Shown: positions 20,524-31,981, counted from the first letter of the stretch. The stretch: DNA of 64,000 nucleotides from an uncultured Methanomicrobiales archaeon (GCA_963815625.1 CAWFHG010000004.1:14667-78666); one strand, 5' to 3'. Made by a program: numbers and translations. Notes: generated by a model from the letters alone, not told the origin.

Positions 20524-22608
20524 TTAATTCCGGCATATTTTCCCATGGTACTCTTCCCAGCAAACGTGGCGACAGATATTGCCAACTGCTTTGAAAGCAT
20601 CTTCCAGGTCCGGAAAATTCGGGATCCCCGAATCCTTCAGGATCCGGAGCGGTGTCTTCATGGAGTCACCGCCGATCATGCATCCGACAATCATCTTGTG
20701 GGTATTTTTCGAAAACCTGACCAGTTCGTTTGCAACCCGTATCGGGTCCGATATTGCAGACGGCACGTTGATAACGAATGCAATGTCCCAGGCGTCCTGG
20801 TTTTTGATCATTACGTCGAACGTTCTGGCGAATCTGTCAGCCGAAGCGTCCCCGACCATATCAATCGGGTTACGCCGGTTCCAGTTATCCGGGAGAATTG
20901 CATCGAGTTCCTTTAATATGGCCGGAGGGAATTCCACAATTTCAATACCGAACTGTTCTGCATAATCAGATGATAATACTGCAAACCCCCCGGCATTGCT
21001 GATTACGATAGCCCGTATCCCCTTTGGGTACCCTTCGGAGGAAAGTAATTCCGCGGTCTGAAACGCTTCCCTGATAGATCGCACGGGAATAATACCAGAC
21101 TGTAAGAATGCGGCCGTATATACTTCAAAACTCCCGGAGAGTGAACCGGTATGGGATGCAGCAGCTATCTGTCCAATTCTTGATGACCCGGACTTGATGG
21201 CGACGATGGGTTTTTTTGGCGTGACCTCGTTCGCAATCTTCATGAACCGTTTTCCCTGACGGATTTGCTCGATGTACAGGATTACTGACCTGGTATCGGG
21301 ATCGTCCGCCGTATACAACAGGAAGTCCTCGAACGTAAGATCCGCCTGGTTCCCGAGACTTATCACTGCGGAAAAACCAATTTCCTCCGGCAGACTCCAG
21401 TCAACGATAGTAGAGATTATGGCGCCACTTTGCGAAATGAATGCAATATTACCGGGCCTTGGGGATATCGGGTCGAATGTGGTATTGATACCCTGTTGGG
21501 GGAGCATAATACCGAGGCAGTTCGGGCCGAGGATCCGAATGCCATAGCGCCGGGCAATCATTAGCACCTGATCTTCAAGGATCGCCCCGGCTTCCCCGGT
21601 CTCACGGAACCCGGAAGAAATAATGACGACAATCGGAACCCCGATCTTTCCTGCCTCTTCAACTACCTGGGGGACAGAATGCGCTGGAACCACAACGACG
21701 GCGATTTCTACGGGACCAGGGATTGACGAGAGGGTAGGGTATACATCCCGGCCGAGTATCGTCCCGTGCTTTGGATTAACCGGATATACGGAGCCCGGAA
21801 ATGAAAGGAGATTACGCAGTACAGCATATCCGACCTTATCTGGGTCTGGTGAGGCACCGATGACCGCAATTGATTTTACCTTAAACATTTCTGCCGGCAG
21901 AATCTTCTCAGCCACTATATCAGGTATTTCCTCGGTATCGGTAACATAAAACCGGGCATCTACAACACAGGCCCCTTCCTGGTATAACATTACCGGATTT
22001 AGGTCAAATTCGACAATACCCGGACTATCCAGGAACAATCGTGCGACAGACTCAACAAGCACTATCAGCGCCTCGCCATCACGGGCAGGTTCATTCCGGA
22101 ATCCCTTAATCAGGCGATAGGCCTGCAATTCCTGTATCATCGCCCGGATATCGGAGGAACTTACCGGAAGCACACGGATTGAGACATCCCTGATAAGTTC
22201 GACCAGGGTCCCGCCCATGCCGACCGTTATTACTTTTCCAAATGTCGGGTCGATCCTTCCCCCGATAATTATTTCGAGTCCCTTTTCCTTCTGTTCTTCA
22301 ACAATAATGCCCGAAATAGTCGCGAATGGATCGAAGGCCTTTATGTTTCGGTTTATCGTATCGAACGCAGTTTCAGCTTCTGATACCGAGCTGATACCGG
22401 TGATTACACCGCCAGCGTCACTTTTATGGACTACCTGGGGTGAGATTATCTTCATAACAAGCGGATAACCTGTACCTTCTGCAGCGGCACCGACTTCCGG
22501 GAGTGACGTTACAACCGAAAACCGGGGAACGGGTATCCCATGACTTTTCAGCAGCCCGTACGCTTCAGCTTCCGTTAGTAACCTGCGTGTCATCTCAACC
22601 TTATCCAT
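20524..22608 (-). CDS. acetate--CoA ligase (ADP-forming), fused beta-alpha type
   Basis: 694 aa. An N-terminal ATP-grasp domain (YPLVMKIISPQVVHKSDAGGV) is followed by CoA-binding and succinyl-CoA-synthetase-like domains (SIAVIGAS..., GPNCLGI, ISQSGA). Confidence 0.85.
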   Translation of the reverse strand: MDKVEMTRRLLTEAEAYGLLKSHGIPVPRFSVVTSLPEVGAAAEGTGYPLVMKIISPQVVHKSDAGGVITGISSVSEAETAFDTINRNIKAFDPFATISGIIVEEQKEKGLEIIIGGRIDPTFGKVITVGMGGTLVELIRDVSIRVLPVSSSDIRAMIQELQAYRLIKGFRNEPARDGEALIVLVESVARLFLDSPGIVEFDLNPVMLYQEGACVVDARFYVTDTEEIPDIVAEKILPAEMFKVKSIAVIGASPDPDKVGYAVLRNLLSFPGSVYPVNPKHGTILGRDVYPTLSSIPGPVEIAVVVVPAHSVPQVVEEAGKIGVPIVVIISSGFRETGEAGAILEDQVLMIARRYGIRILGPNCLGIMLPQQGINTTFDPISPRPGNIAFISQSGAIISTIVDWSLPEEIGFSAVISLGNQADLTFEDFLLYTADDPDTRSVILYIEQIRQGKRFMKIANEVTPKKPIVAIKSGSSRIGQIAAASHTGSLSGSFEVYTAAFLQSGIIPVRSIREAFQTAELLSSEGYPKGIRAIVISNAGGFAVLSSDYAEQFGIEIVEFPPAILKELDAILPDNWNRRNPIDMVGDASADRFARTFDVMIKNQDAWDIAFVINVPSAISDPIRVANELVRFSKNTHKMIVGCMIGGDSMKTPLRILKDSGIPNFPDLEDAFKAVGNICRHVCWEEYHGKICRN

Positions 22609-22643
22609 GCTTTAGGTATTCCCGGCTCCGGATATGATGGTTC

Positions 22644-23681
22644 TTAATCCAGGTTACCGGTTCTTTTCCACGTGCAGACCAGGTCATGATCCCCTGCCTC
22701 CGGAGGTTCAGTACGACATTCCCGGCTGATCTCCAAAAAAATCCGGCGGTGGATAATTCGCCAGCTGATAATCAGCTGGATCAGATCTCCGGCAGTTACA
22801 TATTCACGACCCTTGAACAAGGAGATCGGGTGCACTTTTGTCTGGTGTTCGATACTGCGTTCCAGTTTTTTTACAACATGCTGGGAGATCTCCCCGTCAA
22901 CAATCAATTGTCCCATCCTGTGCCCATATTGAACGCCCGTCGTAAATTTCAGTGAAAAATCCCGTTCAGACAGCGATAGGATGGAATACAGGTCAAGCGA
23001 GAGGTCGATATCCTTTATGCTTTGTTTCATCCGGTTTTGGGAAAGAGTCACCCGGTAGACGTTACGTTCATCACCGAGGTTACATCCATATTCTGAATAA
23101 TCGATCCCGACGACTGCATCCGCAAATTCTTTCTGGGGCGCAATATAACGTTCGTAATCTGGTTTCCGCTCTTCGATATGCCTCTCTACCTCGGCAGCTG
23201 AATAACCCCTTTTTTTAATATCCCTTTTTTGTTTCCAGTCGTACTTGACTTCCTGGCCTGGGTCTACAAACAGCATAAAGTCGATGTTACTGCGGAGAGC
23301 AGGGGTAAAAAACGTATGCAACCCTTCCAGGATGAGGATCTTTTGTGGAGTGAATGTAACAGGCAGATCAAATTTTCCCGAATCATGGTTGTATACAGGT
23401 TTTTCTATCGACATTCCCTGTTTCAACAGGCCGAGGTCAGATTCAAGCCGGTCAAGACGGTTTGCAGCCGGGTTCAGGGCTGTGATTCCCAGGTTCTTCC
23501 GCTGTTCCCTGTTATAGAGGTGATAATCGTCAAGCGTTATCGTGCTGACGAGGTCGCCCCCGAAAATACTCCGTACACCTTGTGTAAATGTTGTTTTGCC
23601 AGAACCGCTGTCCCCGGCCACACCGATGATAAAAATGTATGGCGATGCTGCAATTGTTTCCTTTAAACCAGTCATGTGCAT
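22644..23681 (-). CDS. prk: phosphoribulokinase/uridine kinase family protein (archaeal-type PRK)
   Basis: P-loop GVAGDSGSGKTTF, LDDYH, EKPVYNH, ILILEGLH. The size and layout match the PRK homologues described in Methanomicrobiales. Confidence 0.75.
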   Translation of the reverse strand: MHMTGLKETIAASPYIFIIGVAGDSGSGKTTFTQGVRSIFGGDLVSTITLDDYHLYNREQRKNLGITALNPAANRLDRLESDLGLLKQGMSIEKPVYNHDSGKFDLPVTFTPQKILILEGLHTFFTPALRSNIDFMLFVDPGQEVKYDWKQKRDIKKRGYSAAEVERHIEERKPDYERYIAPQKEFADAVVGIDYSEYGCNLGDERNVYRVTLSQNRMKQSIKDIDLSLDLYSILSLSERDFSLKFTTGVQYGHRMGQLIVDGEISQHVVKKLERSIEHQTKVHPISLFKGREYVTAGDLIQLIISWRIIHRRIFLEISRECRTEPPEAGDHDLVCTWKRTGNLD

Positions 23682-24001
23682 ATATTAGTATTCTCCTTCG
23701 GTTTTTCAGGCAAAAAAACCCTTCCAAAATTCCAGTCCGGATCCCCAAAACGACAGCCCCGGACCCGGTCCCGTCCAAACATAGTGCGGGGAAACGGAAC
23801 AAATGGTCGATCGGGACATTAACCAGAACATTAATCCCCTTGATTCGGGTTTTTAATTACCGTCGAAAATTGAGGCGGACATTCTGATGGCGATTATAAT
23901 GAACGGATGGAGGTGCAGATCCGCAACTATCCGGATCGCAAAGACACCCGGTTGCAGAAGGCATATTTTAAGCACATCTCCAACAAATTCATGTAACAAC
24001 G

Positions 24002-24577
24002 ATGGCTTGCGAGGAGGGACCAACCAAGGAAGATCTCCGTAACAGGGCAAGGGCGTTGCGGTCCGGGCTCAACGCTGACATGGCTAGGTCATACAGCAGG
24101 TTGATCTGTGATGCCCTCAGTCAGAGAATCAACGGCGGGAAGACTGTCATGGTCTATGTATCAAAACTCCCGGAGGTTGACACGATGCCGCTCATCAGGC
24201 ACCTCCTGCAGGGTGGTGTCAGGGTAGTCGTCCCGATCATCGAACGTGAGACCAGGACTCTCCGTCTCTCCTGCCTCGAAGACCCGGACCACCTTGTTTG
24301 CAGCACTTTTTCGGTACCTGAACCAATCGGTAACGAAATCCCGGTCCGGGGTGAGGACCTGGAGGTTATCATTGTCCCGCTGCTCGCCTTCGACCGGACG
24401 GGACACCGGCTCGGTTACGGTGCAGGGTACTATGACCGGTTCCTCTCTACGTACCCGAAGGCAACAAAAATAGGGGCTGCATTTTCCTGCCAGGAGATAG
24501 GATCGGTACCGGCCGACGAAAATGATGTTGCCATGGACCTGATCGTGACAGAACGGGAAATAATCTCATGCCATTAA
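24002..24577 (+). CDS. 5-formyltetrahydrofolate cyclo-ligase
   Basis: KEDLRNRARALR start and the GYGAGYYDRFL motif. Length 191 aa. A T8 run follows the stop. Confidence 0.8.
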   Translation: MACEEGPTKEDLRNRARALRSGLNADMARSYSRLICDALSQRINGGKTVMVYVSKLPEVDTMPLIRHLLQGGVRVVVPIIERETRTLRLSCLEDPDHLVCSTFSVPEPIGNEIPVRGEDLEVIIVPLLAFDRTGHRLGYGAGYYDRFLSTYPKATKIGAAFSCQEIGSVPADENDVAMDLIVTEREIISCH

Positions 24578-24722
24578 TTTTTTTTGAAAAAAACTCCTTT
24601 AAAAGACAGTTTGCTGTCCGGTTCTGCACGCTGCGGACGAGGCGGGCAGGCATGGTACAACCGTAATTTTTATAACAAAATGGGACTAACTTTTAGTTAA
24701 TATTTACCAGGAGTTAGTTCTG

Positions 24723-27107
24723 ATGCCAAATAAAGATTACGCAGAGGTCGGGGTAAGGGAAGCCGCCCGCGATGACGCCGGACGTGGAATTGCACGAGTA
24801 AGCATTGACGTAATGAGGGCACTCGGGCTGGTCAGCGGTGACGTAATAGAGATACAGGGCAAGAAAAAGGCCACGGCAATCGTCTGGCCGGGTTTCCAGC
24901 AGGATACCGGTAACAGGGTAATCCGGATAGACGGGACAGTCAGGAGCAACACCGGGGCCGGTGTCGACGACACGGTCACGATAAGAAAAATCGAACTCGG
25001 GTACGCAAAGAAAATAATTATTGCTCCTACCCAGCCGATCCGCCTGATCGGGGGAGAGCAGTACCTTCACAGGGTCCTTTCCGGAAGATCGGTGATGGAA
25101 GGACAGAACGTCCGAGTGGATGTTATCGGCAATCCCATGACGTTTGTCATCTCCAAAGTCATCCCGAAAGGGATCGGCATAGTCACTGATGATACCGAGA
25201 TCGAACTAAAAGAGACCGCATACAAACCTGAAGAAGGAAAGCATGAGACATCTGATGTCCATTACGAGGACATCGGGGGTCTGGGACGGGAACTCCAGCT
25301 TGTTCGTGAGATGATCGAATTACCGCTCAGGCACCCGGAAATCTTTGAACGGCTTGGGATCGAGCCCCCGAAAGGAGTACTTCTTTACGGACCACCGGGC
25401 ACGGGAAAGACCCTGATTGCAAAGGCGGTGGCAAACGAAGTTGATGCCCATTTCATCACCCTTTCCGGCCCCGAGATCATGAGCAAGTATTACGGTGAGA
25501 GCGAGGGGAAGCTCAGGGAAGTCTTTGAAGAGGCGCAGGAGAATGCCCCGACGATCATATTCATCGATGAGATAGACTCGATAGCACCAAAGCGAGAGGA
25601 GACGAAAGGTGAGGTGGAACGTCGTGTTGTAGCGCAGCTCCTGTCGCTGATGGACGGACTGAAAGGCCGGGGCCAGGTCATTGTCATCGCCGCAACCAAC
25701 CTTCCGGACTCGATCGACCCGGCACTCCGTCGTGGAGGCAGGTTCGACCGCGAGATCGAGATCGGCATTCCCGATAAGAAAGGAAGGTTCGAGATCTTCC
25801 AGGTGCACAGCAGGGGCGTTCCCCTGGCCGAGGATGTCGATCTCCAGTCATATGCCGATACCACCCATGGATTTGTCGGCGCGGATATTGCGCTCCTCGT
25901 AAAAGAGGCGGCCATGAGGGCACTCAGGAGGATCATCCCGATGATTAAACCTGATGAGGAGATCCCGGCTGAGATCCTCGACGACCTGAGGGTTACCGGG
26001 GGAGACTTCGACGAGGCACGGAAACAGGTCGAGCCAAGTGCGATGCGCGAGGTGCTCGTAGAGATACCTGATGTTACCTGGGACGATGTCGGGGGCCTTG
26101 ATGACGTGAAGAAGGACCTGCAGGAGGCCGTTGAGTGGCCATTAAAGTATCCCTTCGTCTTCGAAAAGCTCCAGACAAGGCCACCGAAAGGTATCCTCCT
26201 CTTCGGGCCACCCGGGACCGGGAAGACCCTGCTTGCAAAGGCGGTGGCACACGAGTCTGAGTGCAATTTCATTTCCGTCAAGGGACCCGAGCTCCTCTCC
26301 AAGTGGGTAGGGGAGTCCGAAAAAGGAGTCAGGGAGATATTCCGAAAGGCCAGGCAGGCATCACCCTCCATTATCTTCTTCGATGAAGTGGATGCGCTTG
26401 TGCCGAAGCGGGGGTCTTATGCGGGTTCATCTCACGTAACCGAGAGCGTGGTCTCCCAGATCCTCACGGAACTTGACGGTCTTGAGGAACTGAAAAACGT
26501 CACTGTTATAGCGGCAACAAACCGGCCCGACATGATCGACCCGGCACTCATGCGCCCCGGACGGCTGGAGCGTCATATCTACGTTCCACCCCCGGATGAA
26601 GAGGGGCGGAAGAAAATCTTCGAAGTATACCTGCGGGATGCCGGTGCGCTCCTGACCGAGGATATCAGTATCGATGACCTTGTCGCACAGACCGACGGTT
26701 ATGTAGGTGCCGACATCGAGGCCCTCGTGCGCCAGGCAAAGCTTGGTGCGATGCGTGACTTTATCAGGGTAATGGCAGATACGAGTGATAAGGAACGAGA
26801 GGACGCCGTAATGAACATCTGCATTACAAGGCAGCATTTTGACGATGCCGCGAAACGCGTCAAGGGATCGCTTGACCGGGACGCCCTCGAAGCAGTCGAA
26901 CGGCAGGCGTGGGAGATGCTCTATAACCATGATCAACGGGCAATCCTTGAAAATGCTCTTGCCATCCTGACGAGGGCCGAACTCCGGAAGGTGACAGATG
27001 AAAGCACAGAAATCCTCCGAAAAGAGGTCTTCACGCCCAAAAAAGATTTCAACGAGATAAAACGGCTCACCAGCCAGCTGGATGGGCTTTTAGAACATAC
27101 CAGATAA
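24723..27107 (+). CDS. CDC48/VCP-type AAA+ ATPase (two AAA domains) with extended C-terminus
   Basis: N-domain ([23 protein letters not shown]) and two Walker A motifs (GPPGTGKTL twice). The roughly 70-aa C-terminal extension ends in LLEHTR, so it lacks a terminal Hb-Y-X motif. Confidence 0.9.
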   Translation: MPNKDYAEVGVREAARDDAGRGIARVSIDVMRALGLVSGDVIEIQGKKKATAIVWPGFQQDTGNRVIRIDGTVRSNTGAGVDDTVTIRKIELGYAKKIIIAPTQPIRLIGGEQYLHRVLSGRSVMEGQNVRVDVIGNPMTFVISKVIPKGIGIVTDDTEIELKETAYKPEEGKHETSDVHYEDIGGLGRELQLVREMIELPLRHPEIFERLGIEPPKGVLLYGPPGTGKTLIAKAVANEVDAHFITLSGPEIMSKYYGESEGKLREVFEEAQENAPTIIFIDEIDSIAPKREETKGEVERRVVAQLLSLMDGLKGRGQVIVIAATNLPDSIDPALRRGGRFDREIEIGIPDKKGRFEIFQVHSRGVPLAEDVDLQSYADTTHGFVGADIALLVKEAAMRALRRIIPMIKPDEEIPAEILDDLRVTGGDFDEARKQVEPSAMREVLVEIPDVTWDDVGGLDDVKKDLQEAVEWPLKYPFVFEKLQTRPPKGILLFGPPGTGKTLLAKAVAHESECNFISVKGPELLSKWVGESEKGVREIFRKARQASPSIIFFDEVDALVPKRGSYAGSSHVTESVVSQILTELDGLEELKNVTVIAATNRPDMIDPALMRPGRLERHIYVPPPDEEGRKKIFEVYLRDAGALLTEDISIDDLVAQTDGYVGADIEALVRQAKLGAMRDFIRVMADTSDKEREDAVMNICITRQHFDDAAKRVKGSLDRDALEAVERQAWEMLYNHDQRAILENALAILTRAELRKVTDESTEILRKEVFTPKKDFNEIKRLTSQLDGLLEHTR

Positions 27108-27109
27108 CG

Positions 27110-27571
27110 ATGAGGAATACTATTATGACAGGCGCACCAGATGAAAATTTCAGGGAGATCGGGGAGATCATCCGGAAAATGCTAGAGCAGGCGGGGATGA
27201 GCGATCATCCCGCACCCGTTGTCTTTAACTTCCGGATCTATGTCAACATGGCGCCACCCCAGGACCTGCCTCATAACGGGATCCCCGGGGGAAGTAAAAC
27301 GATAGAACCGGAAGTAGAGGTTCAACAGGTAGGAAACGAGGTGATACTGGCGACTGAACTGCCGGGAGTGTCACCTGATGACGTCAAGGTGATGTTTTCG
27401 GGTTCGACCGTGCATATCAAAGCAGGGGACGGGGAGCTGAAATACCATACGACCGCAGATGTGCCGCCAGCCGAAAAGGATTCGGTAACGGTTTCATTCC
27501 GGCACGGTGTGCTCGAAGTCACCTACCGGGAGCAGATCCGGGAACCCGTTACTTCCGATGAAGCAGAATAA
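27110..27571 (+). CDS. Hsp20/alpha-crystallin-like small protein
   Basis: Starts 3 nt after the CDC48 stop. The alpha-crystallin-like beta-sandwich segment is VEVQQVGNEVILATELPGVSPDDVKV...VSFRHGVLEVTY. Confidence 0.65.
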   Translation: MRNTIMTGAPDENFREIGEIIRKMLEQAGMSDHPAPVVFNFRIYVNMAPPQDLPHNGIPGGSKTIEPEVEVQQVGNEVILATELPGVSPDDVKVMFSGSTVHIKAGDGELKYHTTADVPPAEKDSVTVSFRHGVLEVTYREQIREPVTSDEAE

Positions 27572-28126
27572 CGAGTTTTTCGCCCGGTTTCTCCAAACTT
27601 TTTTTCAGTTATTAAATCCGGGATGAAATTTAATTTTTAATTATCCAGGGCGATCAGCAAAGGCTAATTCTTACAGCGATAAACAGGATTCTCGCAGTGG
27701 AAGGTCTCTATGGGAGTTGATGGCATATATGTAACGGAAATCATCATATTGCCAAAGAAATGGCATTCCATCAGGTCCTGGTAACATAATTTAGAAGGTC
27801 CATGTTAATTCAAACCGGGGTTCGGCTGCCGGGGTATCCGGAAAAAAACAGATTTGGAATTTGACCGCCTTAACGCCGGCCGAGAGGTCCAGGAACCATT
27901 GGGATCGGAGTTGTTTGGTAGTCAGTGAATAGAGCCCTCAAGCCGACCACGGCACCACAGCAGGGAACGAATACCACCTGCAATGGTATTGTGAGACAGT
28001 CATCCCGGGCAAGGATAATAATCCTGATAAACCCCGGGCTCAAAAGACTACGTGATCAGGGGATCCGACTGGATAATCCATGGTCTAGCCAGTTTCGCTT
28101 TATGGCGGAGGATGGGCGGTGCAAAA

Positions 28127-29032
28127 ATGATGCTTAAAGAATTCCTTGACGGCGCAGGGACCGAAAAAAACCTTGCGGAATTGATACTCTTTTTCAGCAG
28201 GGAAGCCCGGCAGGTAAAGAAGGGATTTCTCTCAACGGCCAGGAAAACACCAGCAGATGAAAAGACCAGGAATATGTATGGTGAAGAGCAGATGCCTCTT
28301 GACAAATATGCCGATGAGGTTTTCATCACTATGCTAAGGGAAACCCGGCTTGCCCGGTATATCGCCACGGAAGAGCAGGACAAGATCATCGAAGTTAAAG
28401 ACCCGAAAAACCAATTCGGGGTTGTTATCGACCCTCTTGATGGATCCTCCCTCATTGATGTGAACCTCTGTGTAGGGTCCATCATTGGCATCTATCCCGG
28501 GCATGTTCTCGAAAAGGGGGCAAAAATGGTTGCGGCCATGTATATTCTCTATGGACCCCTTACATCCCTGACGTATACGGTGGGAATGGGGGTTCACGAA
28601 TTTGTCCTGGATGACTCGGGTGAATTTGTCCTTAAACAGAAGGATATTAAAATTCCGGAGGGGAAAATTTTCGCACCAGGGGCCCTGAGAAAGGACTACC
28701 TGCCGGCGCACACACGGTGGATTGAGAGCCTTGAACAGGCAGGCTATAAACTCCGGTTCAGTGGATGTTTTGTAGCAGATGTTCACCAGATACTTCATAA
28801 AGGCGGAGTATTCAGTTACCCAGCGTTTAAGGGCAAGGAAAACGGGAAATTAAGATTATTATACGAGGCAAACCCGATGGGAAAAATTATCCGGGAAGCA
28901 GGGGGGGCAATCAGCAACGGAAAATCGGATATTCTCGAAGTCGTGCCGAAATCCATCGATGAACTGACTCCAATCTACGTCGGAGGCCGGAAAGAGATCG
29001 CGATGATTGAAAAGTATATGGCCCAAGGGTGA
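28127..29032 (+). CDS. fbp: class 1 fructose-1,6-bisphosphatase
   Basis: [22 protein letters not shown] and the C-terminal YVGG motif. ATG 28127 (MMLKEFL) is chosen inside ORF 28052..29032. Confidence 0.8.
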   Translation: MMLKEFLDGAGTEKNLAELILFFSREARQVKKGFLSTARKTPADEKTRNMYGEEQMPLDKYADEVFITMLRETRLARYIATEEQDKIIEVKDPKNQFGVVIDPLDGSSLIDVNLCVGSIIGIYPGHVLEKGAKMVAAMYILYGPLTSLTYTVGMGVHEFVLDDSGEFVLKQKDIKIPEGKIFAPGALRKDYLPAHTRWIESLEQAGYKLRFSGCFVADVHQILHKGGVFSYPAFKGKENGKLRLLYEANPMGKIIREAGGAISNGKSDILEVVPKSIDELTPIYVGGRKEIAMIEKYMAQG

Positions 29033-29053
29033 GTATACAGGAGTGATCAGGCA

Positions 29054-30193
29054 ATGAAACAGGAAGATTATGGTCCAATTTCTGGTTCAACAATTTTTAA
29101 AGGCATTTCAGGCCAGAAAGCAATTATTATGGCAGCGAACACCCGGATTACGACTGTTGCCAGGGGAATTTTCCAGGCAGCGAAAGATACGGATTCGGCA
29201 GTATTCATCGAACTCGCACGTTCTGAATGTGACCTGAAGGGGGGGTATACCGGGTTAACACCAAAGGATTTCGGGAAAAGAATCGACGCAGCCGCAAAAG
29301 AGGTGCAGTTTGATATCTGGGCCCTTCATGCAGATCATATTACGATCAAAAAGGGAGATTCTGCGGAAATCGACCAGACCAGGCTGTTAATCGACGCCCA
29401 GATCGCCGCCGGGTATACCTCGTTTGCCATTGATGCCTCCCATCTCTTCAATTTTGAGGGAAAAAATGTCAGGGAGGAACTGGAACAGAATATCCGGGTC
29501 ACCACGGAACTGGCGCACTATATCAAATCGGGGATGAAAGGGAAAGATTTCGGCCTGGAAGTGGAAGTTGGGGAGATTGGCAGGAAAGACGGGCAGGGCA
29601 TGGTACTTACCCGGCCTGAGGAAGCGGTCGAATTTATCAGGGCGCTCCAGGCAAACGGGGTTCATCCCCATGTGCTCGCCATAGCTAATGGGAGCACGCA
29701 CGGCCATGTATATGACGACAAGGGGAACGTGGTCGAACAGCTTTCGATCGATATCCCCCAGACAAAAGCTGTTGCAAAAGCACTCCGGGACAATAACTTA
29801 AAGATCGGGATCGCCCAGCACGGTATCACCGGCACTCCGCGGGAGCTTATCAACCAGCATTTCCCGAAAGGAGACATCATTAAGGGAAATGTGGGGACTT
29901 TCTGGCAGGATGTCGTATTTAACACGTTCAAAGTGTATGAACCGGGACTCTACAAAGAAATCCAGGAATGGACACTCGATAAATACCGGGCCGCAAACCC
30001 CGGGAAAAAAGACCGCCAGATCATCGATGGCAACTGCAAATTCGCAATTAAAGAATTTTTTAAGGATATTTATTCGGTTGATGAAGATACCGAAAAGGCA
30101 ATCCAGTCAATGGCTTATGCGGAAAGTCTCGTATTTTTCAAGGCATTTAGCTCGTACGGGACAGCTTCCCTTATACGAAACCGCATCGCCTGA
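29054..30193 (+). CDS. class II (metal-dependent) ketose-bisphosphate aldolase family protein
   Basis: Class II aldolase motifs LHADH, GSTHG and QHGITG. 379 aa. Confidence 0.7.
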   Translation: MKQEDYGPISGSTIFKGISGQKAIIMAANTRITTVARGIFQAAKDTDSAVFIELARSECDLKGGYTGLTPKDFGKRIDAAAKEVQFDIWALHADHITIKKGDSAEIDQTRLLIDAQIAAGYTSFAIDASHLFNFEGKNVREELEQNIRVTTELAHYIKSGMKGKDFGLEVEVGEIGRKDGQGMVLTRPEEAVEFIRALQANGVHPHVLAIANGSTHGHVYDDKGNVVEQLSIDIPQTKAVAKALRDNNLKIGIAQHGITGTPRELINQHFPKGDIIKGNVGTFWQDVVFNTFKVYEPGLYKEIQEWTLDKYRAANPGKKDRQIIDGNCKFAIKEFFKDIYSVDEDTEKAIQSMAYAESLVFFKAFSSYGTASLIRNRIA

Positions 30194-30248
30194 AGTTATC
30201 CACCACAATTTTTTTCTACTGGAAAGAGATTCTATAATGTGATTTTTT

Positions 30249-31346
30249 ATGCCCAAAACAACGGTTTCCGTTATTAAGGCGGATGTGGGAAGTTTTCCCG
30301 GGCACTCCCGCACCCACCCGAAACTCCTGGAGAAGGCCGCACGGCTGCTCAGAGACCAGGAGGGCAAATTGCTGACTGACTCGTTTGTTACGCATTGTGG
30401 TGACGACCTGGAACTGATAATGACGCACACCCACGGGGTGGACAATGAGACGGTCCACAAACTTGCGTGGGACGTATTCATGGAATGCACAGCGATTGCA
30501 AAAAGCATGAAACTCTACGGTGCAGGACAGGACATGCTTGCCGATTCCTTTTCAGGAAATGTCAAGGGGATGGGGCCTGGGGTCGCCGAGATGGAGTTTG
30601 AGGAACGGGGGAGTGATCCCGTCCTGATTTTCATGGCAGATAAAACAGAGCCCGGTGCGTGGAATTTCTTCCTTTACAAGATCTTTGCTGACCCGTTCAA
30701 CACATCCGGACTCGTCATCGATCCGACAATGCACAAAGGATTTATCTTCGAAGTCCACGATCTCTTCGAAAAACGAAGGATCATGTTTCGTTGTCCTGAA
30801 GAGATCTACAGTCTGCTCGCTTATATCGGGGCACCGTCCCGGTATGTAGTCAAGCATGTCTTCAGGAAAGATGGTGAGATCGCTGCATCGACCAGTACAC
30901 AGCGCCTGAGCCTGTTGGCCGGGAGATATGTCGGAAAAGATGACCCCGTCATGATCATCCGTTCCCAAAGCGGGTTACCCGCCGTGGGGGAGGTTATTGA
31001 ACCGTTCTGCACGCCGGTGCTGGTAGCCGGGTGGATGAGGGGATCTCACCATGGACCACTCATGCCTGTTGGTTTGTGCGATGCAAACTGTACCAGGTTC
31101 GACGGCCCGCCAAGAGTCACCTGCCTTGGTTTCCAGCTTTGCAATGGCGAGCTGATTGGTCCGGCTGACATGTTTGATGACCCCGCCTTCGACCGGGTCC
31201 GCAATAAGTGCAACGAACTTGCCGATATGATCCGGGCACACGGCCCATTCGAACCTCATCGGCTCTCCCTGGAGGAAATGGAATATACCACTCTGCCGGC
31301 GGTAGAAAAAGAGTTGGCGTCCCGGTGGGAGCCGATTCCAAAATAA
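30249..31346 (+). CDS. fbp: bifunctional fructose-1,6-bisphosphate aldolase/phosphatase (class V FBPase)
   Basis: The TVSVIKADVGSFPGHS start, MTHTHG, GAGQDML, GMGPGVAE and the length (365 aa) are characteristic of archaeal FBP aldolase/phosphatase. Confidence 0.9.
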   Translation: MPKTTVSVIKADVGSFPGHSRTHPKLLEKAARLLRDQEGKLLTDSFVTHCGDDLELIMTHTHGVDNETVHKLAWDVFMECTAIAKSMKLYGAGQDMLADSFSGNVKGMGPGVAEMEFEERGSDPVLIFMADKTEPGAWNFFLYKIFADPFNTSGLVIDPTMHKGFIFEVHDLFEKRRIMFRCPEEIYSLLAYIGAPSRYVVKHVFRKDGEIAASTSTQRLSLLAGRYVGKDDPVMIIRSQSGLPAVGEVIEPFCTPVLVAGWMRGSHHGPLMPVGLCDANCTRFDGPPRVTCLGFQLCNGELIGPADMFDDPAFDRVRNKCNELADMIRAHGPFEPHRLSLEEMEYTTLPAVEKELASRWEPIPK

Positions 31347-31741
31347 CGAGGGCTTTTCTCCCGCAGTTGGGATTCGTTCGTGAAAAAATAAAGTCTGACC
31401 GGTACGTGAGGGAATCTCCAAGCCGGCATTCAATACGATAATTTTTCGGTTCAAGGGTTCACGTGAGTCTTTCATAATATTTCAGATACCCGGAAGGACG
31501 TCAGCCAATCCCGGTCATGATTCGTAAAGTAACGGGATGGTAGACAGGAGAACGAGTTAATTCCGGAAAATAACCTTAAATCAGTACAAATAGATTTTAA
31601 AAAACGTCAAAATCAAATTTATTAATTTTCCTTTTCACAGTACGGTTATTTTCCAAAGGTTCACAATTGAACTGCCGTAACCAGAATCGTTTCATCATGG
31701 AGAGAGAAACTTTAATTACCTGCCGCCCTAAATTAAGGCAG

Positions 31742-31981
31742 ATGGTTAACGGAATCGTACTTCCCATTAAAAAGGTATTTTCTCTTGTTGATTCGAAAAT
31801 TACCGTAGAAATTAAAGATGATGGGAGAAAATTACAGGGTCGTCTTGTCGCAGTGGATGAGTACCTCAATATCCACATGGAAGAGACAACCGAACTGAAT
31901 GACATCAACCAGCGGGGAAGAAACCTCGGAACCGTTGTGATTCGGGGAAACAATATCCTCTCGATCTCGCCGGTCATCTGA
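31742..31981 (+). CDS. Sm-like archaeal protein (LSm)
   Basis: Sm1/Sm2 motifs (VEIKDDGRKLQGRLVAVDEYLNIHM ... VVIRGNNILSI). ATG 31742 lies inside ORF 31667..31981. Confidence 0.8.
   Translation: MVNGIVLPIKKVFSLVDSKITVEIKDDGRKLQGRLVAVDEYLNIHMEETTELNDINQRGRNLGTVVIRGNNILSISPVI

Noticed and set aside
27572-28126. The 550-bp intergenic region before fbp as a structured RNA (an SRP-RNA-like CAGGUCC word and several local hairpins).
   Set aside because: Only a 7-8 nt resemblance to the SRP RNA motif. There is no matching 5-prime or 3-prime domain, and the hairpins are short. Evidence is insufficient without covariance-model or RNA-seq support.
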